A stretch of DNA of 38,821 nt, taken from NCBI GenBank assembly GCA_051532055.1, contig JAOPTX010000026.1, forward strand, positions 1 to 38,821, in the 5' to 3' direction. A program made the position numbers and the translations under genes. Positions 38,703-38,821 of this stretch are shown here, piece by piece (the stretch's first letter is position 1; every line of letters begins with the position of its first letter). The DNA comes from Fibrobacterales bacterium (GTDB lineage: Bacteria; Fibrobacterota; Fibrobacteria; Fibrobacterales; JAOPTW01). The notes under the pieces were generated by a model. It did not search any database and was not told the origin of the DNA. It saw only the letters and a list, made by a program, of their open reading frames with translations.

Positions 38703-38821
38703 ATTATTATCTCCTAATGTTAGATTATTAGTCTTAAAATACCTGAAAGCCTTACAGTTTCTACAAAGTTGAATGGCGTTACATCAAGATTGTGGAGATG
38801 GGTGTATTTCAATTATGTAAT

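Noticed and set aside
1..38821. CRISPR array, rRNA or tRNA genes
   Set aside because: No regularly spaced direct repeats or canonical RNA gene signatures noticed in any intergenic region.

Overview
AT-rich bacterial chromosomal window of about 30 genes. Ser-rich lipoproteins and C-terminal sorting-type domains suggest an FCB-group, probably Fibrobacterota-like, organism (inference). The left part holds secreted or surface proteins (a partial BNR/VPS10-like protein missing from the ORF track, a CotH lipoprotein, an 801-aa uncharacterised secreted protein, a 1200-aa IgGFc-binding-domain protein), a PAS hybrid kinase, an orphan SBP, a B12-binding radical SAM enzyme and an ORF6N protein. The right part is a nitrite-ammonification and redox-stress neighbourhood: nrfHA, ResB/CcsA cytochrome c maturation, ygbA-like, a cupin behind an FNR-type box, two msrAB paralogues, cysM-rhodanese-OsmC, peroxiredoxin-like and YyaL genes. 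The standout is the ~1 kb gene-free gap at 9834-10882. By eye it folds almost end to end into nested hairpins and multi-way junctions, with G-U pairs favouring the + strand. It is a candidate ~900-nt large structured ncRNA that I cannot assign to a known class, directly upstream of the ORF6N gene. All family calls come from motif recognition and all pairings were found by eye; no searches or folding programs were run.
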